A DNA stretch of 64,000 nt from NCBI GenBank assembly GCA_964016885.1, contig OZ024742.1, forward strand, positions 301,568,001 to 301,632,000. Direction: 5' to 3'. Numbering within the stretch: the first letter of the stretch is position 1; each line of letters starts with the position of its first letter. The notes beneath the pieces were generated by a model that made no database searches, was not told the origin of the DNA, and saw only the letters and a list, made by a program, of their open reading frames with translations. Source of the DNA: Eledone cirrhosa (lineage: Eukaryota). Shown piece after piece: positions 26,396 through 39,460 of this stretch. A program made the position numbers and the translations under genes.

Positions 26396-26708
26396 CATCA
26401 TAATCCTCTGGGATTATTACGTCAGGTCCATTCTCTTTGTAGGTTTCCTCGGATTCATCAAACTCCATACATTTTGTCTCAAGTTTCTGGATATCACGAA
26501 AGTTATAGATCAATAGAGGTTGCTTTAGATCAAACTCAAAGTCCAGTTGATTGAGATAACATGATTGGGCAGCACACAACACTACCCTGGGTAAAGTAAA
26601 CTTAGAAACCAGGTCTTGTAAGGTATATGTCTGGGTACTCCAGCGGAATTCTTCCGACGAAGACAATATCGAGTTTGCTGTTTTTAAAACTTTCCTCAGA
26701 CGGTTCAT
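26396..26708 (-). CDS. CABIT-domain protein (GAREM/THEMIS-like), first coding exon
   Basis: MNRLRK...RWSTQTYTLQDLVSKFTLPRVV...QPLLIY...VIIPEDYD|G resembles the CABIT N-terminal W-S..Y.L..LV....LP.VV and IP..Y.G.F motifs. Donor G|gtaag at 26395. The spliced CDS is 1224 nt (407 aa) with no stops. Confidence 0.85.
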
Positions 26709-28988
26709 TGTAGTGGATATCTTCCTTGTCTATATATTGTAGTAGATATCTTCCTTGTCTATATCATTGTAGTGGATATCTCTATTATTTATATCATTGT
26801 AGTGAATTTTATTTTTATCTATATCATTGTAGTGGATATCTTCCTAGTTTATATCATTGTAGTGGATATCTTCCTAGTTTATATCATTGTAGTGGATATA
26901 TTCCTAGTTTATATCATTGTAGTGGATATCTTCCTTGTATATATCACTGTAGTAGATATCTTCTTTGTTTATATCACTGTAATGGATATCTTCCTTGTCT
27001 ATATCATTGTAGTGGATATCTTCCTAGTTTATATCATTGTAGTGGATATCTTCCTAGTTTATATCATTGTAGTGGATATATTCCTTGTATATATCACTGT
27101 AGTGGATATCTTCTTTGTTTATATCACTGTAGTGGATATCTTCCTTGTCTATATCATTGTAGTAGATACCTTCCTTGTCTATATCACTGTAGTGGATATC
27201 TTCCTAGTTTATATCACTGTAGTGAATATCTTCTTTGTTTATATCACTGTAGTGGATATCTTCCTTGTCTATATCATTGTAGTAGATACCTTCCTTGTCT
27301 ATATCATTGTAGTGGATATCTTCCTTGTCTATATCATTGTAGTGGATATATTCCTTGTATATATCACTGCAGTGGATATCTTCCTAGCCTATATCATTGT
27401 AGTAGATACCTTCCTTGTTTATATCATTGTAGTGGATACCTTCCTTGTCTATATCATTGTAGTGGATATCTTCCTTGTATATATCACTGTAGTAGATATC
27501 TTCCTTGTCTATATCATTGTAGTGGATATCTTCCTAGCCTATATCATTGTAGTGGATATCTTCCTAGTTTATATCATTGTAGTGGATATATTCCTAGTTT
27601 ATATCATTGTAGTGGATATCTTCCTTGTATATATCACTGTAGTAGATATCTTCTTTGTTTATATCACTGTAATGGATATCTTCCTTGTCTATATCATTGT
27701 AGTGGATATCTTCCTAGTTTATATCATTGTAGTGGATATCTTCCTAGTTTATATCATTGTAGTGGATATATTCCTTGTATATATCACTGTAGTGGATATC
27801 TTCTTTGTTTATATCACTGTAGTGGATATCTTCCTTGTCTATATCATTGTAGTAGATACCTTCCTTGTCTATATCACTGTAGTGGATATCTTCCTAGTTT
27901 ATATCACTGTAGTGAATATCTTCTTTGTTTATATCACTGTAGTGGATATCTTCCTTGTCTATATCATTGTAGTAGATACCTTCCTTGTCTATATCACTGT
28001 AGTGGATATCTTCCTAGTTTATATCACTGTAGTGAATATCTTCCTTGTCTATATCATTGTAGTAGATATCTTCCTTGTCTATATCATTGTAGTAGATACC
28101 TTCCTTGTCTATATCATTGTAGTGGATATCTTCCTTGTCTATATCATTGTAGTGGATATATTCCTTGTATATATCACTGTAGTGGATATCTTCCTAGCCT
28201 ATATCATTGTAGTAGATACCTTCCTTGTTTATATCATTGTAGTGGATACCTTCCTTGTCTATATCATTGTAGTGGATATCTTCCTTGTATATATCACTGT
28301 AGTAGATATCTTCCTTGTCTATATCATTGTAGTGGATATCTTCCTAGCCTATATCATTGTAGTAGATACCTTCCTTGTTTATATCATTGTAGTAGATACC
28401 TTCCTTGTTTATATCACTGTAATGAATACCTTCCTTGTCTATATCATTGTAGTGGATATCTTCCTAGTCTATATCATTGTAGTGGATATATTCCTTGTAT
28501 ATATCACTGTAGTGGATATATTCCTTGTATATATCACTGTAGTGGATATATTCCTTGTATTTATCACTGTAGTGGATATCTTCCTAGCCTATATCATTGT
28601 AGTAGATACCTTCCTTGTCTATATCGTTGTAGTAGATACCTTCCTTGTTTATATCATTGTAGTAGATACCTTCCTTGTTTATATCACTGTAATGGATATC
28701 TTCCTAGTCTATATCATTGTAGTGGATATCTTCCTAGTCTATATCATTGTAGTGGATATCTTCCTTGTATATATCACTGTAGTAGATATCTTCTTTGTCT
28801 ATATCATTGTAGTGGATATCTTCCTAGTCTATATCATTGTAGTGGATATCTTCCTAGTTTATATCATTGTAGTGGATATCTTCCTTGTATATATCATTGT
28901 AGTGGATATCTTCCTTGTATATATCACTGCAGTAGATATCTTCTTTGTCTATATCATTGTAGTGGATATCTTCCTAGTCTATATCATT
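26704..28988. repeat. 30-bp minisatellite, ~76 copies (ATATCATTGTAGTGGATATCTTCCTTGTCT)
   Basis: Seen directly. The variant pattern recurs at a 690-bp (23-unit) offset, e.g. 26881 vs 27571. Confidence 0.98.
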
Positions 28989-29065
28989 CATTCCATTGTC
29001 TACAATGAACATCAGTATATAAATAAATATTTCATGGAGGCTGTGTGTGGTACACCATCTGTTGT

Positions 29066-29090
29066 CTGATAAAATAAAATGAGAAACTTA
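29066..29090 (-). promoter_or_regulatory. probable splice acceptor for the exon holding the array and the CABIT start codon
   Basis: Minus strand tttctcattttattttatcag|acaac: a polypyrimidine tract plus CAG just upstream of the array. Confidence 0.55.
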
Positions 29091-29999
29091 GATTTGAATA
29101 AACGCCATAAAAATTATGATTTGAAAATAAAACATTGATCTCTATCTAAAAATTAATATTGGATTTTATATATCATTTAACATTCATACTCCATACTCCC
29201 TGCTAGCATGGGTGGGATGGGTTGGTACTTAATCAAAGCTACTGATGTCTCAGATAGGCAAGGAGGTGGGAGAGGCTGCATCACATTTCCATACATTACC
29301 TCTCTCTCTCTCTCTCTCTCTCTCCCTACATATATTTGAACTGCTTAGAGAATACATGAAAAACGTTTTTTTTAATATTTAATATGAAATATTTGATTAG
29401 ATTGATATACCAATCAAGACCGGTTATGTTTAATGTAACAATTATAAAATTATTCATTCTGTTGGAATAAAGAAAACTAATCTTCTGTGCAGTTTAACCT
29501 TCACTTTTTAACTATAACCTCTGTTTTCTATAGAACTTTCCCCCCTTTTCAACTCTCTCTCTCTCTGCAAGCAGGGAAAAGTTGACATAAAATGATGATG
29601 ATGATGATGATGATGATGATATGCAAAAGGCAAATAGAAATAACAAACCAAACAACACATACAATGAAGAAATATATTATTAATTTTACGCTTGATATAG
29701 TAGGAAAAGAGTGTGTATATATATAAGTCTGCCATCTTGTGATAGCGACTTAAAAGTTGAGAGGAGGGACACATAATTAGAAGCAAAATTATGGACCAAC
29801 AAAACGTAATTACAAACACAACTTGCAACAACGAATTTAGCAACACCACCAACAACAACAATGAAACGAATGAGGAAAATGGCAGCAACAACAACTCCAA
29901 GAGCAACAACGTAATTAAAAACAATAACTGCACCAAGAACAACAATGACGACAAACCAACAACTCTAGACTGATGTTAAATGGTTGACGTGAAGGTTCT

Positions 30000-32900
30000 A
30001 TACAAGACGTATAAACTGCACACCAATTTTGGTGCTTAACGGTTCAAGTTGATTCAACTACTCATCCAAAGAGGTTTATTGCTGCTGTTTTTCCCCCTGA
30101 TTTTGGATTGTTCTACGCATTTGTGGATTATACTCTCTTTTTCTTCAACTCCAACCGTCAACGTGTGTACATTTTCTAAGCACAATAATGCCTGCAACTA
30201 CAAGAGCTCGCTCGGCTGTCCAAACTTCTCATAATGTTATGCCACCGACCTATAATTGTAATTGCAAGCGGTTGAAACTGAACCTTACCCAAATCGAACT
30301 GAAAAACGCACACTTTCAAACTCAACTTGATGCCCTCATGTCACAGATGTTGATAATGGAAGAAACGATATTATCACTTCAACCTCCTAATGATGCGACT
30401 TCCAGACCGTCTAAATCTACATCTTCCCAGACAAAGACGATCAAAGCAAAACCGAAGCACCAAAAGAAGCAAAGCAAGAAGATAGCAGATGCTGCACAAA
30501 ACAACACCAAGCAAAACACATTGGTCTCGTCTACTCATCAAATTCCTGCAGGTGCATCTACCACGATGAATGATGCAGGTTTAATCTCTGATGAAGGCAC
30601 TGTAAATTCCTCTGCCGGGGTTTGGCGGTCATCCAAAAGACGACACCGCCGCTCCGGCATGGTTGATGATCGAAACAAACCTTATCTCCCTATCAGCCCA
30701 GCAGACAATTTTGTTACGGCAAATACAAGTCTGCTTGATGATGAAGCGGATCGGGTCAACTCAGTAAACGGTTTGCCATTATGTTACAGGTAAATGTGGT
30801 ACCCCCAAGACAGCTGCCAGCGCTGAAGAACAACAGTGTAATAAATCTGTCTATGTCTACGGAGTTTCCGAAAGCTGTGCAAACACTGAAAAGGAGAGGT
30901 ACCACCAAGACTTTGAGTTTATCTCAAACATTATCAAAGTCACTATTGGCGATTCAGATGGCAAGACGTAAGTCTGAGCCGTGAGAATTGGCCGGAAATC
31001 TGAAGAACGAAATCCTAATTCAAGACCCCGACCCATCAAAGTCAAATTCTCTACTTCTCAGCAAGCAGAGGACTTCCTTGCCAAAGCCAGAAAGTGTTAC
31101 CGGGGTAGTAAATTGGATTTTCGGAAGGAGTTCTCCTTAAAAGAAAGAATCCGCTGGAGAACTTTGAAGACAGAACTCATAGTCACGCATAGCTGCCGGA
31201 GAGACTGGTCTGCGGATAAGAAATGGAAAGATAGTACACTCTTACCTTTGGGCGGCCCCAATAACGATATCCAAAGACTCCAAACTTCCCTGGCAGAACA
31301 AACAGCCATCTCAGATGAGAAGGTGTGCAAGAAGCCCTCCAACTTCCTCCCGAAGATCCCCAAAAAGCGATTAAAGCCCAAATCGCCGTCCCTTGATTAC
31401 TCATTCAAAGTTATTTTAACCAACGCTTGCTCTCTTCTGTCCAAACTTGATGATCTCCATTCCGTTATTGCAGACGAGAAGGCAGACCTCATAGTCATAA
31501 CCTAAACCTGGTTAAATTCAAAAGTCAAGGATGCAGAGATTCACATTCCTGACTTTACTACATTCCGATGTGATAGATCTCAAAGAAAAGGTGGAGGAGT
31601 TATCGTTTATGTAAGATCATCACTCAAACCATCCCGTCAGCCTCTACCACCGAACACCGTACTTTCGGAGAACTTTGATGCTGTTCTTTGCAATCTTAAT
31701 GTGGGTGGAGAAACTATTCCCGTTCTTTCCATCTATCGCAATCCTGGTTCTACAACAGATGAAGATCAGAGTCTCATTAATGCAATGAAAGCTGTCTCAA
31801 GATGTCCAAATGACTGTCTTATACTCGGGGATTTTAATGCCCCGACTATAGACTGTAACTCAAATGTGTGCACGTCCAATAATAACTTTGACCAATTATT
31901 GCTCGATAGGACGGAAGAATGTTTCATCTGCCAGCATGTTACAAAACCGACAAGAGCTCGAAGTGGTCAACGACCATCGTTACTAGACCTTATCTTCTCC
32001 TGCTATCCTAGATCCGTATCGTCTCTGCAAGTTCTGTCTCCACTTGGGAAAAATGATCATGCAGTACTGAGCTTTAGCATGCATACTTCGCTTGCACTGC
32101 CTCCTGTTTCGAATCAGCTGAGAAGAATATTTGCTGCTATCAATCATGATCTTATCAAAATGGCCTCCAACGAGATAAATTGGCGCAGCCTAACTGAAAA
32201 TCAGTCTGTTGAAACTTTGTGGTGAGAAATAAAGGAAATTCTACTTGGGCTAACAGAAATGGCAGTGTTGCTGAGAACGCCAAAACGCAAGAAACACAAA
32301 CCCTGGATAACAAAGACAATTATCCGCGAACGGAAGTTAAGAAACGCTGCTTGGGAGCACTATCAAGAGACCATGTCTGTGACGCCATTTGAAGTCTACA
32401 GAAAGCAGCGAAATCATGTCGAGCATATTTCCAGAATTGGAAGGCAAAATTTTGAAAGGGAACTTGCAAATGATGCCGGTCGTAATCCAAAGCGCTTTTA
32501 TGCTCACGTGCAAAGAAATCAAAAACTGAATAACCAAATTGTCACTCTCCGAAACCCCGAAGGTGCAGTTATTGAACACGCTGACAAACAAGCTTCTCTT
32601 TTTGCCGATGTTTTCGCAAATATCTTCAAGGAGGACGATGGCAGAGAACCTCCAAATCTAAATCTAAACATGATCTCCCCACCAAAGCAGCCAACCACAG
32701 TCAGACCGGACGAGGTAGAAAAGTTGCTTTTGTCCTTAGATGTGAATAAGGAGCATGGTCCAGACGGTCTATATCCAGCGATTTTGGGTGCAGTTGCACC
32801 CAACCTTGCTAAACCTCTAGCCACACTATTCAACCTGTCATTGGCTACCGGAGTTGTTCCTGCCGACTGGAAAGTAGCTATAATTTGCCCTATCTTTAAA

Positions 32901-34260
32901 AAAGGCGACAAAGAAGATCCGGGGAACTACAGACCCGTGAGCCTCACCTCAATCACCTGTAAAGCCTTGGAATCTCTAATCAAGCCGGCAATTATGGCTC
33001 ATCTTGCGTCTTTCACTGCAATTTCTCCATCTCAACACAGTTTCATCCCGAAACATTCCTGTCTCACAAACCTACTCGTGATGGAAGAATGGGTGACGAG
33101 GATAGTGTACGATGGAGATGCGGCTGATATTATCTTTCTCGACTTCGCAAAAGCCTTTGACTCCGTCAACCACCGCCTGCTCCTGTATAAGCTCAGCAAC
33201 TACGGTCTCCATCACTCGATTATAAAGTGGATTGGGTCATTTCTGGAGAGTCGTACTTGCAGAGTTAGGATCAATGGCAGTCTGTCATCGGGGGTAGGTG
33301 TAGGCAGCAGCGTTCCCCAGGGCTCTGTGTTAGGCCCAATTCCCTTCCTTCTATACATCAACGACATGCCGGACGTGATTGGTGGAAATGTGCTTCTATT
33401 TTCAGATGATGTGAAAATGGTAGCCTGTAGGAGCGAGATCGACAATCTCAAGTCCTGCCTCCAGCGCGCCTGGAGTTGGTCCATTGACTGGGATTTATAC
33501 CTCAATGTCGAAAAGTGTTGCCATATGGCAGTGGGTACACCTTATAACTCAGCTCTTACCTTCAATGGTGGCATTGCTCCTTTGAAGGAGGTTGAGGAGA
33601 CTAAAGATCTTGGTCTGATGGTTGACTCGTCCTTCAAACCATCAAAACATTGCATTCAAGCCGCAAACAAGGCAAGGAGCTCTCTTTTTCTTATTTGACG
33701 CTCCTTTGCCAAACTTACTCCAGAAATTTTCAGGCCTCTCTATGTCGCCTTCGTGAGACCGCACCTAGAATATGGCATCCAAGCATCAAACCCATATCTC
33801 ATCCGGGATATCCATCACTTGGAGAGAGTTCAACGATTAGCGACTCGAATGGTACAGGGTCTTCATGAGCTGCCCTACGAAAGCTGGCTGCAGAAGCTGA
33901 ACCTCTTCTCCTTGGAGCGTCGACGGCTACGAAGCGATCTCATTTTGGCTTACAATCTCTTCAATTCACTCCGGCACTTGAAAGGGGTCTACGTGGACAT
34001 GACAAAAAGCTGTTTCACCGCCACTTTCGCCTAAATAGACGGAAAGCTGCTTTCTCGATCTGCATCTCTGGACCCTGGAATCGGCTTCCAGAAGAAGTAG
34101 TCAATGCGTCAACCACGCAACAATTCAAGGCGAAATTGGACCTGTGTTGGACCACTGTGTTTCAGACTGTGTAAATGTTGCCCCCTGCCCTCCTTACATG
34201 GCATCTGAAGCATCTATGTTTTAATTTCTGCCAATTATATTGAATTGAATTGAATTGAAT
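30000..34260 (+). mobile_element. near full-length CR1/L2-group LINE (ORF1 + APE + RT), inactivated
   Basis: ORF1-like RIG...RPRPIKVKF; APE TNACSL..K...LIVIT*TWL...ILGDFN...LDL; RT NYRPVSLTS, LDFAKAFD, VPQGSVLGP, LFSDD; (ATTGA)n tail at 34238-34260. Several stops. Confidence 0.92.
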
Positions 34261-34330
34261 ATACAGGATATCTATAGATAAAAAGCAAAGGAAAAGAATG
34301 CTCAATCTAGTACAAGAGAGCTTATTTAGT

Positions 34331-34513
34331 TTATATTAAAGTTCATACACCTAACATGTATGCACAACCTAAGGTTTCAGGGTCCAGTTTTGGCTACCAC
34401 TGTATAGTAGAGTAGCAGATCTAAAACTAGTCTCTTTTGCCAGGCACAAGGACAAATTGGACCTCAAAACCTAAGGTCATGCATACATGTTAGGTGTATG
34501 AACTTTAACATAA
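34331..34513. mobile_element. MITE-like element with ~60-bp terminal inverted repeats
   Basis: TTAAAGTTCATACACCTAACATGTATGCA... and ...TGCATACATGTTAGGTGTATGAACTTTAA. Confidence 0.65.
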
Positions 34514-34532
34514 ATTATATATATATAGATAG

Positions 34533-34869
34533 TAGGCACATGGCTTAGTGGTTAGAGTATTGGCCTTGCAATCGAAAGGTTGTGAGTTCAATTCTCAGAC
34601 CGGATGATGTGTTGTTTCCTTGAGCAAGACACTTTATTTCACATTGCTCCAGTTTACTCAACTGTAGAAATGAGATGATAGGGATTGGGTTCCCTATCAT
34701 TCCACTGCAAAGTGGACGTGTAGGTGCCACGGCAAAAAAGCACCCAGCACTCACTATAAATGAGTTTGGTGTTAGGAATGGCATCCAGCTGTAGAAATCA
34801 AGCCAAAATCAGTTCCCATCCTACCCTTGCAAGCAGGGAAAAGCGGACGTAAAATGAAATGATGAATGA

Positions 34870-34872
<3 letters not shown>
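34533..34872 (+). mobile_element. CORE-type SINE copy
   Basis: Matches 9153-9543. Confidence 0.88.
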
Positions 34873-34919
<47 letters not shown>

Positions 34920-35194
34920 TGTAAAGTAGTTGTGTAGATGTCACAACAAAAAGTACCCAGCCCACACAGTAAGTGGTCATGTAGGAGTCACGACAAAAAG
35001 CACCCAGTACACACTGTAAATGTGGTTAGCATTAGGAAGGACATCCAATCATAGAAACCTAACCAGAAACAGTTCTATATGAGCAAGATACGATCACCTG
35101 ACCCAACCTGCCTCTAATGGGACAGTCCATTTAACCCATGCTAGTGTGGAAAGTGGACGTTAAACGATGATGACGATGATGATATATATATATC

Positions 35195-36010
35195 ATCATT
35201 ATCATGATCATCATTTTACGTCCGCTTTTCCCTGCTTGCAAGGGTTGGATGGGTCCTATTCAGCACAGCATCTCTCCATTTGTCACGGTCCTTCGTCATC
35301 TCCTCGGTGAGTTTCAGCGATCTGAGGTCTGCTCTCACCACCTCTGCCCATGTTTTTCGTGGTCTACCTTTACTGCGTCTTCCCTCCACTGGGACTTCCT
35401 GGCACTTCACATGTCCATACCATCTCAGCCTTCTCTCCTGCACACCACAACTTATCCCTCTTACACCCAGTTTCTTTCTCAACTCGTCTATGCTTGGTCG
35501 TTCACGCACATTGACATTGCACATCCAACGGAGCATACTTGCTTCATTTCTCTCCAGCCGTCGCATATATATATATGAATGAACTTCTGGCTGATTTAAG
35601 AAACATTTGGGAAATTTAAAATGTAATTGTCCCAACATGGATGACAATAATAATAGTCAATCACTATAAATAGTAGTTGAAAAAATCAGATCAATTACCT
35701 CTGGAGATAGAAAAAAGTGAACTGTGTCAATGAGCTGAGAAAGAATGAGCATAAGAGGTATAAGGGGCATCAGGTGCAGTGTGCAGGAGAGTGTGATGGT
35801 ATGGACATGTGATGTAAATGGAAGATGGCAGCTGCATAAATAACTGCAGGGCACTTGAAGTTGAAGAAACCTGTGGAAGAGGGGTAACCTAGGAAAAATT
35901 GCGATGATGTGTTAATGGCTGACCTCATGCAGTTGAACCTCAAAAAGGAGATGACACAGAATAGAGTTGACAGGTAACATGCTATACTGCAGGAGACCCA
36001 CCTTCCCACA
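35195..36010. mobile_element. two RTE 3' fragments in opposite orientation
   Basis: 35216-35565 (-) reads RRLERNEASMLRWMC...TLASREKRT. 35720-36005 (+) is a degenerate equivalent. Confidence 0.8.
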
Positions 36011-37629
36011 GGGGCTGTATGAAACAAGCATAGGGAGGATAGTAAATGAAGAGGCAGAGATGTTTCTATCTACCCTGTCACTTCCTCCACCCTGTTTGTT
36101 TTCCTCTATCTTAATCCCCTCCTCACTATCTCATTCACCTACACCTTAACCTCGCCCACATTATTCCTCCACCACTCGCATCTTTCATTCCCTCTTCCTC
36201 ATCCAGCTCATGCCAACATAGTCCCCCATAGCTTAGACTTTCCCCACAATAGCCCCCTCCCACTCACATTATCGTCTATCCACCCTCAGCCCCTTATCCC
36301 CAATTCCCCCTCACCCAGGCCAGCATGGAAAGCTGGACATGCCCCATGATATAATGTCAGGTGTCCCTCACTCTTTTCAAAACCAGCCCCATGACCTGGT
36401 GCTAGCAGTTCCACTGTGGGATGACCCAAACCCACCCCTCAGCAAAGAATATGTAGCTATTCTGCCACCCAAATCTCATTTTATACCCTTTCACTCGCAT
36501 CCCTGCCTTCCCAGCCTGGTCGAGGACACAACTAGCACCCTAATGTTGTAATAGGGTAATGCAGGAGCCACAATAAAATGCACCCAGCTTACACTATAAA
36601 GTGGTAGTGCTGGTATCATCATAAAAAGCCCCTAGTCCACTCTGTAAGGTGGTAGGGCTGATACCATCATAAAATGTTCCCAGTACATGCTATAAAGGGG
36701 TTGACATTAGAAAGGGCATCCAACCATAGAAACCAAGCTAAAAATAGAATATATGAGGAAGATATAGTCACCTGACTGGTTTAGCCTCAGAACTCATGGA
36801 AGCATGGAAAATACACATTAAACAGTAATGATGATGATGATGATGATATAAATATATATATGCACATATATAATAGGTTCTTCATTGTAATACGCCTTCT
36901 GATTTGTTGGCAGTTGTTGGATTAATCGAATGATTGTGAAACCAGGTCATATGACAAAGTGTGTGACATGAATGACAGATTAACAATTGCATTAGTAAAT
37001 GTTGTTCTTACATAAGTATAAAAACCTTACTACATTGATAGACTAACTGAAACAACATTTTCTGACATATTTCTTTTCCAATAGTTAGTTACATTGATGT
37101 AAATATCTAGCAACTCATTAAACTAACTAAAAATAGTAGCCAAATTTACCTCAAATCACACACCATCTTAACCCTATTTATTTTAAACTACCTGGAACTA
37201 TTTTTCATTCTATGATGCAAAAATGCTTCAAAATGTTTCTGTTTATTTAAAAACCACTAATCTTAATTTTATGTAAGAACCTTTGTTAGGTTTAGCAGTT
37301 TTAAATATGTACACTGTATCTGAATGTGTCATAAGAGACAACTAAAAGAGTTGCCACCAAGAAGGGTAAAGGAGCTCATGATCTCATGACCTCATAAGAG
37401 TACGCTTGCATGGGTTAGATGGGTTGTCACATTCTGAGATTGAAAAGGCAGGTCAGATGACCAAGTCTTACTACTGTGTTCCATTTTGACATGGTTTCTA
37501 TGGTTGGATACCCTTCCTAATACCAACCACTTCACAGCATACACTGGGTACATTTTATCATAACACCACCACTTTGGTGTTAATCGTCAGCCTACCACTA
37601 TGGTGCTTCATAATTATTCTCTTAACCAC

Positions 37630-37752
37630 TTCAGTGCCATAGATAAGATAACTCATCCTAACATGTATGCATTTCAGTGCCATGGATAAGATAACTCATC
37701 CTAACATGTATGCATTCCAGTGCCACAGACAAGATAACTCGTCCTAACATGT
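37630..37752. repeat. ~43-bp tandem repeat x3
   Basis: CAGTGCCATAGATAAGATAACTCATCCTAACATGTATGCAT. Confidence 0.85.
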
Positions 37753-37999
37753 TTGAACGCTTTTCCAACATTTCATAATTTCAAAGTTATGAAATCATTT
37801 CCAACAGTTCATAACTTCAAAGCTAGATGGGGTTACTAGTTTATTGATGTGACGTTTGTCAATCATTCAGATATGTGTTGTTAATAAATGCTTGTTTAAA
37901 AAAATAGTTATTTTACTGAAAATAAAACCCTGCACAGCAACTGTAGCTATGTAAAATATATGCAGCAGTTAACAGGTTAAAACAGACCTGTAGCTGGGA

Positions 38000-39190
38000 A
38001 AGTGACATAGACTGCCTCTACCTAAAATATCAGCAAAGATGCTGAGACTTAACATCAATCCAAACATTGTTAGAATGTTGCATCATATTCTTTCAGCAAT
38101 AGCTACTAACCTCCAAGTGTAGAAGGTTATCCATGGAACAAGTCTGAATACATGGGACAGATAACATCATGAGCTTCTTGAGAAATACTCATTGAATGAT
38201 GACCTCAAACTCACAGCACTACTACATCAAATCAGTGGATGAAATAATGTGTGCTTATCAACAAAAATCATGCATGGCTATATTGCCAAAAATCTTCAAA
38301 ATGAGAGTAATATAGATATCCAAAGTAGTCTATGTTGGACCAACAACTGGTATATTTAACTCTCACTTTGAAGGATATGCTTTTGCAATCCAGGAACAGG
38401 AAATAACAAGGAAATACCTGATGCACAAAAGAGATATGGATGCAGGCAAAACACCTAGATGCAACAACAGATACAGACGCTGTGGGATATTACCCATATT
38501 GTAAGCAGATATTAACTATCTATAAGGAAGGATATAGTGGCCAAAACACTATACAATGCAATCTGTAGAAGGGATAGCCTTCAGAATAAAACTATTTAAA
38601 GTTACAGTGATGTGGAGGACATGTGCTCTCGTAATATGAGAGTGTATTGGTGAAATGTTCCCCAACAAAGTGTAAACATAACAGACCAAATATAATTTAT
38701 GGGACAGAAAAAAGAAGCTATGCACAGCTGTGGAAGTCAGCAGCCCAACAGATGTTAATATAGTGTTAAAGATTAGTGAATAGGAGAATATTTATGCCAA
38801 ACTAATGAGAAACCTGCAAATACTCCACCCTGACTATACCTTTAGATTGGTACCTGTTATCATTAGGACACTTGAGTATGTTACCAACTGCCTCAAAACA
38901 AATCTTGAGAAGCAGGGCCTCACAGAACTGGAAAGAACATGGCTAGTTAGGAAGTTGCAAGTAGTCTGCCAATGGAACTGTACAAATATGTAAAACATTT
39001 CAACAATTCAACATGTAATAACTGCATATAGATATAGAAACATATGTATATATGCACATAAAACTAATAACATACAGATCCACTCATATAATAACACTCA
39101 TACATGTACACACACACAAACAACATATAGTGATACATACATTTTCCTAGTTGATATCTAAATTCCAATGAAAGAGTTTTGGGCACTACA
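38000..39190 (+). mobile_element. old R4/NeSL-like non-LTR element 3' part (restriction-like endonuclease type)
   Basis: Remnant peptides EGYAFAIQEQEITRKYL, THIVS, KHNRP.I...D.KKK....VEVS.P.D.NI and LVPVII..L. Heavily decayed. Confidence 0.6.
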
Positions 39191-39299
39191 ACGCTATAAG
39201 CTGTCAGTCGAAAGCAGCAGATGAAAGCAAAACATCGTTTATTTCCGTATTACTACCACGCGTAAGTGGAGTTACTTGGTGGTAGTAATACGGAAATAA

Positions 39300-39460
39300 A
39301 CGATGACGAATGACGTCACCTTCGGCTGCTTTCACGACTGACAGCTATATATCACGTGAACACAATCACATTATTCTTTCAAAAGGAAAAGTTTGGCGCC
39401 ATTTTTCTCGAGGGAATAGCAAATGCCAACAAGCGCAGGAGAAAAGAAAAAGCAGTAAGT
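39300..39460 (+). promoter_or_regulatory. possible promoter/first exon (CRE, E-box, YY1-like motif, ATG, donor)
   Basis: CpG-enriched unique DNA with TGACGTCA, TCACGTGA and TTTGGCGCCATTTT. ATG at 39423 reads MPTSAGEKKK, then CA|GTAAGT at 39455. No confident downstream exon. Confidence 0.35.

Noticed and set aside
26704-28988. CRISPR-like array
   Set aside because: The 30-bp units are head-to-tail with no unique spacers, there are no cas genes, and the context is eukaryotic.
26709-28990. Array as a coding N-terminal extension (DKEDIHYNDI)n of the CABIT protein
   Set aside because: Frequent TAG variants interrupt that frame, and the frame matching the start ATG has a stop in most units.
29790-29975. 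Asn/Thr-rich ORF
   Set aside because: It is a degenerate (CAA)n tract without splice or homology support.
39135-39200. First non-coding exon of the CABIT gene (minus-strand GTATGT donor at 39140)
   Set aside because: The donor lies in the 3' region of an old LINE among CATA repeats and has no independent support.
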